Shown in pieces: positions 18,597 to 27,543 of a stretch of 64,000 bases of DNA. Below the pieces are notes generated by a model. The model did no database searches. It was not told the DNA's origin and was given only the letters and a program-made list of their open reading frames with translations. A program made the translations under genes and the position numbers. This DNA is from Gammaproteobacteria bacterium AqS3. Lineage in GTDB: Bacteria; Pseudomonadota; Gammaproteobacteria; MEIF01; AqS3. Numbering within the stretch: position 1 is the first letter of the stretch; every line of letters begins with the position of its first letter. The DNA is taken from assembly GCA_001750645.1 (NCBI GenBank), contig MEIF01000228.1, positions 7,236 through 71,235 of the forward strand, written 5' to 3'.

Positions 18597-20613
18597 TCAA
18601 ATCCGCTGCGGGGCTGCGATCATAGAAGTTCCGGGGTTTGAGGATGATCTGGTCCATCTTGGCGGGCAGGACGGGCCAGTCTTCGGCGACGGGGATGTGG
18701 TGAAAGCCCATGGTCGCCCAGGCGACCAGGTCGGCATCGACCAGGCTTTCATCGTCGGCAATGAACTCGGGCAGTCCCTGGCCGGGGTCGGAGTTGCTGA
18801 CGAATGCACCGGCGGCGTAGATCTCATCGGGTTTGTAGCGCGTCACCCACAGGTTGCTGCGCAGGAACATCGCCCTGGAATACTGCGGATCGCGCAGGTC
18901 GACCAGTGGGCGCACGGGTTTCATCATGATTTGATATCCGGTCGGATAGCCCATCCTGTTCTGCCGGGCGCTGCTGGACAGTGTCAGTGCGGCCGGGGTC
19001 TCGGGGTTGAGCACGGTCTCTGCGGCGCGTTCGGTTTTGACGTGGTTCGGTTCCACGCGCCAGACGCTCATCCGGTAGGGGTTGTCGGTGAGGGTTTCGG
19101 TGCGCAGGCGATGCCGGTGGAAGTTGTTCTCAAGCCCGTCAATGTCAAGGTCGATGCGGTAATTAAAGAAGTGGTCGTGGTTCATGGCGATGCGGTGCGG
19201 GGCGATGAGCGCCCCGGTGCGGGTGTCCTCGGCTCCGCTGGGGTCGTCAATGCGCACAGCGCGCACGGCCTTGACCGCATCGATGCCGGTCGAGGTCAGC
19301 CGGATGCGCAGCCGTCCGTCCTGCTGAAACACGTAGTCCTGGAAGTAGTCGTAGTTGCCGAGCGTGGCGACCATGCGAACCACCAGCTCGACCGCCGGGC
19401 GCGACTCGTGCGGCTGCAGGCCGGGGATGCCGTCGTAGACCGCCTCGTGGTGCCGCCACATCGGTATGCCCGGGTCGTGCTCGAACACACAGATCCGGTC
19501 CTCGCCAATGCTCGGCTCGCCCGCCGGACTGTGCAGCACAACATCGAGCATCACGGCGTGGCGGGGGCAGTCGGCCTTCTGCAGCGGCGTTGCGTTGAGG
19601 CCAAAACCCAGCTCGCCCATGTCGAAGTAGGCTTTGTAGAAGTGGTGCAGGGTTTCGTCCTGGTAGGGGACGAACATCTCCGACATGGCGATTTCGTATG
19701 CGATGCGGCGCGGGTCGGCGCCGGGCTGGGTCATCTCGACGTTGTTGAGGATCGTCCCCTGGCGGGCATCAAAGCGCAGGTGGAACGACCACCCCTGCCA
19801 GGCGATGCGCTCGTCGGCAATGGTGAAGTTGCGGCCGTTGGGGCGCGAGATATGCACCGGCGCCAGCTGCGCGCGCGGGGGGATGGCCGAGATGCTGAAC
19901 TCGTCGGTGGGCAGCTTGAAGGGCGGGGCGTCGTCGCCCTGGAAGGTGTCGTCGATCTGGAGGATCTCGCCGGTCGCCAGGCTGTAGAGGATGCTGAGAT
20001 CCTCAATCGGCCGTGCCCAGATATTTCCGCTGGGCAGCCCCAGCATTCCGTCGCCGGCGATGTAGGTGCAGTCGACTTTGACCAGCCGCTTGAGGGCGGC
20101 GTCCTCGCCGCCGTAGAACTGACCCAGCGGGCGGGGCAGGCACAGGACGTTCTCGGGTTCGGCGCCGCGCTTGCTCAGGGCTTGGAGGATGCGCGCATCC
20201 TGCATGATGGTTTCGATCACCGGGCGGACCTCGCCTTCGCTGGACATTCTGGGCGTGCCCCGCCGAGCGGGCTGCTTGCTGGTGATGGCTCCGGTCGCCA
20301 AATCCACTCGCGCCAGATAGAAGATGCCGTTGTGGCCATAGGCGATCTCGGCGCTGCGCTCGGGTGTCTCACCGGGCGACCAGGCCAGCGCGCGGGCTTT
20401 GTTCGGCTCAGCGAGGCTGATGCGATTGAACAGCAGGACTCCCTCGCCGGCATCGCTGCGCACGGCCTCGGCAGCACGGGCGATTTCATCGCTGGTCAGC
20501 GAGCGCCAAGGAGTCAGCTCGATCTCGCCCCGGGGCATATCGGAGCAGCCCGCCAAAAGCAGGAGCAGCCCGACCGCCCATATTCCCTTGTGAAAGCCTT
20601 GTTGGAGTTTCAA
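18589..20613 (-). CDS. Copper-containing (TPQ) amine oxidase, lipoprotein signal
   Basis: A lipobox LLLAGCS is present. The TPQ consensus is TLGNYDYF (T-x-x-N-Y-D-Y). His ligands are present (HRIAMNHDHFF). The size (674 aa) is typical of TynA-family amine oxidases. Confidence 0.85.
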   Translation of the reverse strand: MKLQQGFHKGIWAVGLLLLLAGCSDMPRGEIELTPWRSLTSDEIARAAEAVRSDAGEGVLLFNRISLAEPNKARALAWSPGETPERSAEIAYGHNGIFYLARVDLATGAITSKQPARRGTPRMSSEGEVRPVIETIMQDARILQALSKRGAEPENVLCLPRPLGQFYGGEDAALKRLVKVDCTYIAGDGMLGLPSGNIWARPIEDLSILYSLATGEILQIDDTFQGDDAPPFKLPTDEFSISAIPPRAQLAPVHISRPNGRNFTIADERIAWQGWSFHLRFDARQGTILNNVEMTQPGADPRRIAYEIAMSEMFVPYQDETLHHFYKAYFDMGELGFGLNATPLQKADCPRHAVMLDVVLHSPAGEPSIGEDRICVFEHDPGIPMWRHHEAVYDGIPGLQPHESRPAVELVVRMVATLGNYDYFQDYVFQQDGRLRIRLTSTGIDAVKAVRAVRIDDPSGAEDTRTGALIAPHRIAMNHDHFFNYRIDLDIDGLENNFHRHRLRTETLTDNPYRMSVWRVEPNHVKTERAAETVLNPETPAALTLSSSARQNRMGYPTGYQIMMKPVRPLVDLRDPQYSRAMFLRSNLWVTRYKPDEIYAAGAFVSNSDPGQGLPEFIADDESLVDADLVAWATMGFHHIPVAEDWPVLPAKMDQIILKPRNFYDRSPAADLNE

Positions 20614-20722
20614 GTTGGTTCCCCCCTGCGGAGCGAGCCAAGAATAGCGGCATCGGAAAAATGCCGCTGGCCTGCATTATTATTCGCAAATTCTTTTCCA
20701 TTGCTCTTGCTTCTTACCAACA

Positions 20723-21895
20723 ATGTCCGCTCGAGTTGAACAAGCCAATGCCGAGGTCCTGCGCCAGTGCCGCGAGCAGCTGGGCTTTGAAATTGATGAG
20801 GTGGCAAGAAAAGTCAAAAGCATTGCCGCCATTGAAGCCGACGAATTGAAACCCACTTTCAAGCAGCTGAAAACACTTTCTGATCTATATGAGGTTCCTG
20901 ACTGGGTGTTTATTTCTGATGCCATTCCAGAAAGGTTTCGGCTGACTTCCTCGCCAAGCTATCGTCTATTTAAGAAGGCTGGTGCCCCGCTTAATCCCAA
21001 AGTCAACAAACTGCTCATTCGGGTTGAACAGCTGCGTGAACTCGTCATTGACTTTCAGGAAGATCAGGATGAACAATCAGATCCGTTTGACCCGCCTGAA
21101 TGGACTGAAGATGTCAAGACCATGGCCAAGCGTGTGCGCGAATGGCTGGAATTGGACTCGGGCAACAGGCGGCACTGGTCTTTTGATGAGCTGCGCGAAA
21201 AGCTGGAACAGAAAGATGTTTTTATTTTGATGACCAGCAAATATAACGGGCCTTGGAAGTTCAGCGTCGAAGAGGATTTTCGCGGGCTGTGCATCTTTTA
21301 TGGCCTCCTGCCCATTGTGGTCATCAATGATTCTGATAATAAAAAAGCTCAGTCATTTTCGTTGATACATGAATTAGGGCATCTATTAAGGCGAGAAAGT
21401 ATTTTTGATCACAAAAGTATTTTGGACGATGACAAATGGGACAGAGATGATGAGGAGCGTTGGTGCGATGAATTAGCTGAAGAGGTTTTGATGCCGTACG
21501 AACTGGTGAATCCGAACTCCTACCGTTCATTCAATGAATTAAAAGATAAGGATATTCAAGTATTGGCTAAAGAATTTATGGTCAGTCCCTATGTCTTCTG
21601 TTTTAGACTGCAATCTTTGGATCTGATCACCGAAGACAAAGCCAATAAATTTAAACGTCAGATCAAAGAAAAATCACTTTCGCAAAAAGCTTCCGGCAGC
21701 GTCCCTATTTCACGAAAGCGTCATAAAGAGGCACTGCGTCAGTTCGGCAGCATATACACAAAGACTGTTTGGCAGGCTTATTATGATGATGAATTAGATT
21801 TGTTAAGGCTGGGAAAGTTGTTTGAACTCAATAAACTGCATTATGTTCAAGAAATGCGGAAAATTATTCCTTCTACAATAACGCAGAGTGGATAG
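20723..21895 (+). CDS. HTH (XRE-family) and ImmA/IrrE-family zinc metallopeptidase fusion protein
   Basis: The N-terminal helix-turn-helix is LRQCREQLGFEIDEVARKV. The ImmA/IrrE (DUF955) core has a HEXXH motif, SLIHELGHLL. The gene overlaps the downstream PIN-like gene by 8 bp. Confidence 0.75.
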   Translation: MSARVEQANAEVLRQCREQLGFEIDEVARKVKSIAAIEADELKPTFKQLKTLSDLYEVPDWVFISDAIPERFRLTSSPSYRLFKKAGAPLNPKVNKLLIRVEQLRELVIDFQEDQDEQSDPFDPPEWTEDVKTMAKRVREWLELDSGNRRHWSFDELREKLEQKDVFILMTSKYNGPWKFSVEEDFRGLCIFYGLLPIVVINDSDNKKAQSFSLIHELGHLLRRESIFDHKSILDDDKWDRDDEERWCDELAEEVLMPYELVNPNSYRSFNELKDKDIQVLAKEFMVSPYVFCFRLQSLDLITEDKANKFKRQIKEKSLSQKASGSVPISRKRHKEALRQFGSIYTKTVWQAYYDDELDLLRLGKLFELNKLHYVQEMRKIIPSTITQSG

Positions 21896-22406
21896 GTATT
21901 GCTTAGACGCGAATACTCTGACCAATCCATTTTATGAAACCTACCCACGGAACTTAGAAATTTTTCAAAACATGTGGGACTTATTAGCTGCCAATCAGAA
22001 AAGCTTGGTTCTCATCAAGCCAATTTACGATGAAGTCTTACAATTTTGTGAACGAGAAGCCAAAGATTCTGATTCAAACTCTTTAGTGAATTGGCTAGAG
22101 GAACATAATTTTTCATATATCCCTATCACATCAGAAGACGAAAGACTCGCGCTGAATATTCGCCAAGAATACAAGCCCGGCCCCAAAGGTATTAGCGTTA
22201 CTGACTCAAAATTGATTGCGTATGTAGAAAACCAAAGGCCAGACTTATTGGATTCATTTTGCTTGGTAACCGAAGAGAGTCCTCAAACTGATAAGTCGAA
22301 ACTTAAAAAGAAAAACTACAAAATTCCGGCCGTCTGCGAAGAGCGGGGAATAAGGTGCATTAATCTGATTGATCTGCTGCGTGAATTAAGTTCCGGAACT
22401 GAGTAA
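21888..22406 (+). CDS. PIN-like (DUF4411-like) putative nuclease, partner of the ImmA/IrrE protein
   Basis: The N-terminus is MDRYCLDANTL, a PIN-type start. The protein has acidic residues spaced as in PIN folds. ImmA/IrrE and DUF4411 genes are known to pair in this way. Confidence 0.5.
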   Translation: MDRYCLDANTLTNPFYETYPRNLEIFQNMWDLLAANQKSLVLIKPIYDEVLQFCEREAKDSDSNSLVNWLEEHNFSYIPITSEDERLALNIRQEYKPGPKGISVTDSKLIAYVENQRPDLLDSFCLVTEESPQTDKSKLKKKNYKIPAVCEERGIRCINLIDLLRELSSGTE

Positions 22407-22430
22407 AACTCTCTGACAGCCATTGTGCGT

Positions 22431-23327
22431 TTACCGCTGCGCGGAATATGAATATCCATCACCAATCTTCCAGACTCCACGCTCGCGGAAGGCGGGGATG
22501 GTCTGGCGCTTGGCGGCGTTGGTCAGCGCCGGTGCTGACAGTCCGTGTTCGCGGATGAAGTCGGACAGCCGAACCGGCATCTCTCCCCTCAGATAGGTCG
22601 TGCGCTTGTGCAGCGATTCCAGCAGGGCGAAGTGGAGCATATTCCCAAACCGTCGCGCACCGCGCATCGCCGGATGACTGAGGTCAAAGCCGGCAAATGA
22701 CCGGTAGTAGTCCCGACGATCAGGAAAGCGAATCATCACGCGGGGCAGCCCCAGGAGCTGCAGCTGAAGGTTGATGAGCTCGCGACCAATGCGCCCGTTG
22801 CCGTCGACAAAAGGATGTATCCATTCAAAGCCCAGGTGAAACTGCGCAATGCGCTCGACAAAATGCTCCCGTGCGGGGCTGAGATATTCCTGCAGCAGCT
22901 CGGCCAGCAGCCCCTCAATGTTTTCAGGCGGCGGTGCGATGTGCGGGCCGACCTGAACATACTCGCCCAGGTCGCGAAAGCGCCCCGCAATGGTCTCGTC
23001 AATCGGCAGCATCAGCATCTGGTGCAGGTGCAGGATGATCTCCCGATCCAGCCCGCCGGAATATCGGCGCATGAAGCCGATCACCTGCCCCAGACTCGCA
23101 GCCTCCTGAACCTCGCGCAGCTGCACCTGGCGCTTGGGTATGCCCCCCGCGAGAATTTGATCGGTTTCCTCCAGCGTCAGCGTTGAGTTCTCAATGGCAT
23201 TGGAGTGGTAGACGCTCTCGGGAACTTCTGTGCCATCAATGACTTCCAGCAATTCCTCTCGCCCCGGAGCGAGCTCAAAATACTGCTCCAGCAGTTCATC
23301 AATGCGCTGTTGTCTGGATGGTGTCAT
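22431..23327 (-). CDS. Fic-family protein (AMPylator), class II with N-terminal inhibitory motif
   Basis: The Fic motif HPFVDGNGRIGR is present. The N-terminal SNAIEN matches the (S/T)xxxE(G/N) auto-inhibitory helix motif. Confidence 0.85.
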   Translation of the reverse strand: MTPSRQQRIDELLEQYFELAPGREELLEVIDGTEVPESVYHSNAIENSTLTLEETDQILAGGIPKRQVQLREVQEAASLGQVIGFMRRYSGGLDREIILHLHQMLMLPIDETIAGRFRDLGEYVQVGPHIAPPPENIEGLLAELLQEYLSPAREHFVERIAQFHLGFEWIHPFVDGNGRIGRELINLQLQLLGLPRVMIRFPDRRDYYRSFAGFDLSHPAMRGARRFGNMLHFALLESLHKRTTYLRGEMPVRLSDFIREHGLSAPALTNAAKRQTIPAFRERGVWKIGDGYSYSAQR

Positions 23328-23445
23328 TTTTCGATTGGAAATCTACTCTGGAAAAGTGCCAACATGCAAAGTGAATACAAGGCTAGCCAAGCCTTTTATT
23401 CACCAAAAGTCAGCTGAACTTCGTGAATATTAAACTCTAAACGGC

Positions 23446-24611
23446 TCAGTTCACGTTTTCAGTCCCGCCTTTGACACTCATTAGCACTTCATCGGCACCG
23501 GGCAGTCTCTGGTAGCGCCCCTGATCAAATGCCGCCAGCCCGGCGCCCTCCAGCACGGCCAGGCTGGCGCTGATCTGCTGGGCGCCGAGACCCGAGCAGC
23601 GCTGCATCAGCTGGTCGTAGCTGATCGGGTCGGCGCTCAGCGCCCTGAGCACGCTCCAGTCCTGATCGCTCAACACCGGCAGTTCGGGCTGCGGCAGCGG
23701 CGGCAGATCCTCGACCTCGGGCAGGGTGACCATCGTCTGCAGCGCCTCGATGACGTGGCCGGGGTGCTCGGCCAGCGTCGCACCCTCGCGTATCAGGCGG
23801 TGGCAGCCCTGGCTGTTCGAGCTGTGAACCGGGCCGGGAACGGCAAACACCTCCCTGCCCTGCTCGATCGCATAGCGCGCGGTCACCAGCGAGCCGCTCG
23901 AGCTGGAGGCCTCGATGACGATACAGGCCAGGCTCAATCCACTGATGATGCGGTTGCGGGTCGAGAAGTGCCAGGTTCGCGTCTGCACGGCAATGGGCTG
24001 TTCGCTCAGCAGCGCACCCCCCTCGGCGATCAGCCCGGCCAGCTCGGCATTGCGGCGCGGAAACACCCGGTCGATGGGGGTTCCGAATACGGCAATGGTC
24101 GGCCGGTCAGAGTCGACGGCCTCCTGCTGGGCAGCGCCGTCAATGCCGACGGCCATGCCGCTGGTGACCACGAATCCGCTCTCAGCAAAGGTGCGCGCAA
24201 AGGATTGCGACAGCGCCAGGCCGTAAGGCGTGGCCCGGCGACTGCCGACTATGGCCAGCTGAGCCTGTCCCAGCAGCTCGGGGTTGCCGCGAACGTAGAG
24301 CACCAAAGGCGGATCCGGGGTCTCCCTCAGCAGCGACGGATAGCCCGGCTGACCCTGAACCAGGATGTGGTTGATCGAGTCGGCCTCGCACCAGCGCAGG
24401 TCGGGTTTGATCAGACGCTCGAGGCGACCGGGCTGCAGCTGCGGCAGCCATCGCTCGAGCGGGTGGCCCTTCGGGTCGAGCTCGCGCAGCCTCTCGACGG
24501 CGACGGCTGCCGAGCCGCAGTGGTGCATCAGTTCAGCGCGCTGCTTGGGTGTGGTGATGCGGTTCAGCGCCAGCGCCGAGTGCATCTCATCTGGCGGTGG
24601 TGAGATATTCA
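23446..24611 (-). CDS. dprA: DNA processing protein DprA (Smf)
   Basis: The Rossmann-like core has AIVGSRRATPYG, SGMAVGIDGAAQQ and AVFGTPIDRVFP. The start is placed at MNISPPPDE. The upstream 181 residues of track ORF 23446..25155 are antisense to def. Confidence 0.85.
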
Positions 24612-24711
24612 TACTAATATGCGCCCGTTTTGGAGGCCCATTCTTAAGGCTTCTGACCCAAACAAATGTGATCCAGATCACACCCCATCTTCCACGCTCC
24701 ATCTGGCAAAT

Positions 24712-25212
24712 ATGACTATTCGAACCATCCTGCAATACCCCGATCCCAGGCTTCGCACCATTGCCAGGGAAGTCGAAAAGATTGACGACGGGATACGCGA
24801 GCTCATCGCCGACATGTTTGAGACGCTGTACGCCGCCGGCGGCATCGGTCTGGCGGCGACGCAGATTGACGTTCACCTGGCGGTGATCGTCATCGACCTG
24901 ACCGAGAAGAAAAAATCGCCGCACGTATTCATCAACCCCAAAATCACCGTCCTCGACGACCGCGATCGCGGGGTCTACAAGGAGGGCTGCCTGTCGGTGC
25001 CGGAATTCCAGGCCAACGTCAAGCGCCCCAAGCAGGTCCGGGTTCAGTGCCTCAACGAGAACGGCGAGGCGCTCGACTTCAAGCCGGAAGGTCTGCTGGC
25101 GGTCTGCCTGCAGCACGAAATCGACCACCTCAACGGCAAGCTGTTTGTCGATCATCTCTCTCTGTTAAGGCGCTCGCGCATTTCTAGGGCTCTTCGCAAG
25201 CGCAGTGCCTAA
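24712..25212 (+). CDS. def: Peptide deformylase
   Basis: Three Def motifs are present: GIGLAATQ, EGCLS and HEIDH. The gene is divergent from dprA and followed by fmt. Confidence 0.9.
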   Translation: MTIRTILQYPDPRLRTIAREVEKIDDGIRELIADMFETLYAAGGIGLAATQIDVHLAVIVIDLTEKKKSPHVFINPKITVLDDRDRGVYKEGCLSVPEFQANVKRPKQVRVQCLNENGEALDFKPEGLLAVCLQHEIDHLNGKLFVDHLSLLRRSRISRALRKRSA

Positions 25213-26146
25213 GGCGCCGGCGCGCCTGGGTTTCGCTGGATCGCCGGAGATTGCCCGCGCCGTTCTCGATCTGCTGTGCGCCTCGGGCTGGCGCCCCGAA
25301 CTCGTCCTGACTCAGCCCGACCGCCCCGCCGGTCGCGGCAGGCGGCTGCGCGCCGGACCGGTCAAGCAGCTGGCACAGCAGCACGGCATTGAGGTGCTGC
25401 AGCCCGAGCGTCTCGGGGCGCCGCCGGACGAGCTGCGTCTTATGGATCTTCTGCTGGTCGCAGCCTACGGGCAGATCCTCCCGGAGGCCGTGCTCAGTGC
25501 ACCGAGGCTGGGCTGCATCAACCTGCACTTTTCGCTGCTGCCGGCCTGGCGGGGAGCGGCGCCGATCGAGCGGGCGATCTGGGCGGGCGACACCCGCACC
25601 GGGCTGTCGCTGATGCAGATGGATGCCGGGCTGGATACCGGGCCGGTGCTGGCGCAGCTGGTCTGCGACATCGCCCCCGATGCGACCGCCGAATCGCTGC
25701 GCAGCCTGATGGTGAACTCGATTCAGGACTGGCTTCCGGAGCAATTGGATCTGCTGCTGCAGGGGCGGCTGACCCCGCAGCCGCAGGACGAAGCCCGCGC
25801 CAGCTATGCCGGCAAGATCGCCCCGTCCGAGCGCGACATCAACTGGCACGATGCGGCGCTCCGGGTTGATCGCCAAGTGCGGGCGCTGTATCCGAATGCC
25901 CGAACCAGGCTGCCCTCGGGGCAGTGGCTGAAGGTGCTGAAGGTGTCTGTCCTCAGGGATGCCGAGGGCGGACAGCCCGGAGAGATCCTCAGCGCCGATG
26001 CGGGCGATCTGCGCATTGCCTGCGGCACCGGTGCGGTGCACCTGCTGCGGGTGCAGCGCGCCGGCGGGCGGCCCTGCAGCGGCGAGGACTGGCTGCGCGG
26101 CTCTGCCGGCGAGGCGCCGCAGGGAGAGTTCCTTGGCGCGGCCTGA
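25205..26146 (+). CDS. fmt: Methionyl-tRNA formyltransferase
   Basis: The motifs HFSLLPAWRGAAPI and ARLGFAGSPEIA are present. The gene sits in a def-fmt-rsmB operon context. Confidence 0.85.
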   Translation: MPKAPARLGFAGSPEIARAVLDLLCASGWRPELVLTQPDRPAGRGRRLRAGPVKQLAQQHGIEVLQPERLGAPPDELRLMDLLLVAAYGQILPEAVLSAPRLGCINLHFSLLPAWRGAAPIERAIWAGDTRTGLSLMQMDAGLDTGPVLAQLVCDIAPDATAESLRSLMVNSIQDWLPEQLDLLLQGRLTPQPQDEARASYAGKIAPSERDINWHDAALRVDRQVRALYPNARTRLPSGQWLKVLKVSVLRDAEGGQPGEILSADAGDLRIACGTGAVHLLRVQRAGGRPCSGEDWLRGSAGEAPQGEFLGAA

Positions 26147-26156
26147 AAACCCGCGC

Positions 26157-27458
26157 GTGCTGGCGGCGCGCACTCTGGCGACGTGCGCACGGCACTCGAA
26201 GTCGCTGGCGCACCTGCTCTCGCGCCTTGACCGGGTGCCCGAGAAGGGTCTGATCCAATCCCTCTGCTACGGCACCGCCCGACATTTCTACCCGCTTGAG
26301 CGGCGGCTCAACGCCATGCTGGAGCATCCGCTGGGCTCGCGCGCCCTGCCCCTGCAGATGCTGATGATGATGGGGCTGCACGAGCTCAATGAGGGGCGGC
26401 GCGCCCCGCATACGGTGACCAATCTGTTCGTCGATGCCGCCCGCATCCTGGGGGACGAGCGCGCCAGCAAACTGTGCAATGCCATCCTGCGCCGGCACCT
26501 GCGCGAGCAGTCTGCACACGCCCCCGCCGAGGCCGCCGAGTTCTACCCGACCTGGATGGTCGAGCACATCGAGCGCGACTGGCCCGAGCAGTGCGGGGAC
26601 ATCCTCGCTGCCGGCAACGAGCACCCGCCGCTTCACCTGCGCGTCAACACGGCAAAAATCTCGCGCGAGGAATTGCTGGGGCGGTTCGAGAAAGCCGGCG
26701 TCGCAGCCCGTCCGCTGGAGGGCATCGACTGTGCCATTCAGGTCGAGACGCCGCAGTCTCCGCAGAACCTCCCCGGCTTCGCCGAGGGGCTGATCAGCGT
26801 GCAGGACATCTCGGCCCAGTTCGCGGTTCCGATGCTGCGCACGCCCGAGGGCGCCCGGGTGCTGGACGCCTGCAGCGCCCCGGGGGGCAAGCTGTGCCAC
26901 TGGCTTGAGTCCTGCCCCGGCATCTCGGCGAGCGCGGTTGAAATCAACCGAACGCGCGCACCGCAGATCCAAGCCAACCTGAAGCGCCTCGGCCTGCGCG
27001 CCAAATTGATCCTGGCCGATGCCGCCAAGCCCAAGACCTGGCCGGAAGAATGGCTCGGACGCGGCCGCAAATCCAAGCGATTCGACCGCATCCTTCTGGA
27101 CGCCCCCTGCAGCGGCAGCGGGGTCATGCGCCGCCAGGCCGACATCCGCATGACCCTGTCGCCCCGGCAGCTGGAGGAAAACGCCCGCACACAGCTGCGG
27201 CTGCTGCGGGCGCTGTGGCCGCTGCTGGCCCCCGGCGGACTGATGCTCTACTCGGTGTGCTCGATCTTTCGCCAGGAGGGCGATTCGGTGGTGGCCCGCT
27301 TTCTCGAGCAGAGCCCGCTGGCGGATCGCGCCCGCATCGCGCCCGTTCCGGGGACCGTGCGCACCGACTGCGGGCTGCAGCTGCTGCCGGGCGGGGGTTT
27401 GGGCGGCGACGGTTTCTACTATGCGCTGCTGCGAAAATCAACCCCCGGGGCGGCCTGA
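26157..27458 (+). CDS. rsmB: 16S rRNA (cytosine967-C5)-methyltransferase RsmB (Sun)
   Basis: The motifs DACSAPGGK, LDAPCSGSG and GDGFYYALL are present, together with a NusB-like N-terminal domain. The start is assigned to a GTG at 26157 just after the fmt stop. The 66 residues upstream on the track overlap fmt in another frame. Confidence 0.8.
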   Translation: MLAARTLATCARHSKSLAHLLSRLDRVPEKGLIQSLCYGTARHFYPLERRLNAMLEHPLGSRALPLQMLMMMGLHELNEGRRAPHTVTNLFVDAARILGDERASKLCNAILRRHLREQSAHAPAEAAEFYPTWMVEHIERDWPEQCGDILAAGNEHPPLHLRVNTAKISREELLGRFEKAGVAARPLEGIDCAIQVETPQSPQNLPGFAEGLISVQDISAQFAVPMLRTPEGARVLDACSAPGGKLCHWLESCPGISASAVEINRTRAPQIQANLKRLGLRAKLILADAAKPKTWPEEWLGRGRKSKRFDRILLDAPCSGSGVMRRQADIRMTLSPRQLEENARTQLRLLRALWPLLAPGGLMLYSVCSIFRQEGDSVVARFLEQSPLADRARIAPVPGTVRTDCGLQLLPGGGLGGDGFYYALLRKSTPGAA

Positions 27459-27543
27459 CGAAAGCTGCACCGACATCGGCTGAATCTGTCGCAACAGCCC
27501 GGCTGTGCTCCATAATGCCCGCCGTCTGAGTAGGACGACCAGA

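Noticed and set aside
18457-20739. 760-aa ORF on the plus strand
   Set aside because: It is entirely antisense to the well-supported copper amine oxidase gene. Its composition is low-complexity Gly/Ala/Arg/Val-rich, typical of stop-codon-poor antisense frames in high-GC DNA.
23382-23404. AAGGCT-agcca-AGCCTT hairpin followed by TTTTATT in the dprA-fic gap, considered as a possible Rho-independent terminator
   Set aside because: The T-run follows the hairpin on the plus strand, where no gene ends. For the minus-strand dprA the U-tract would be on the wrong side, so I do not call it a terminator with any confidence.
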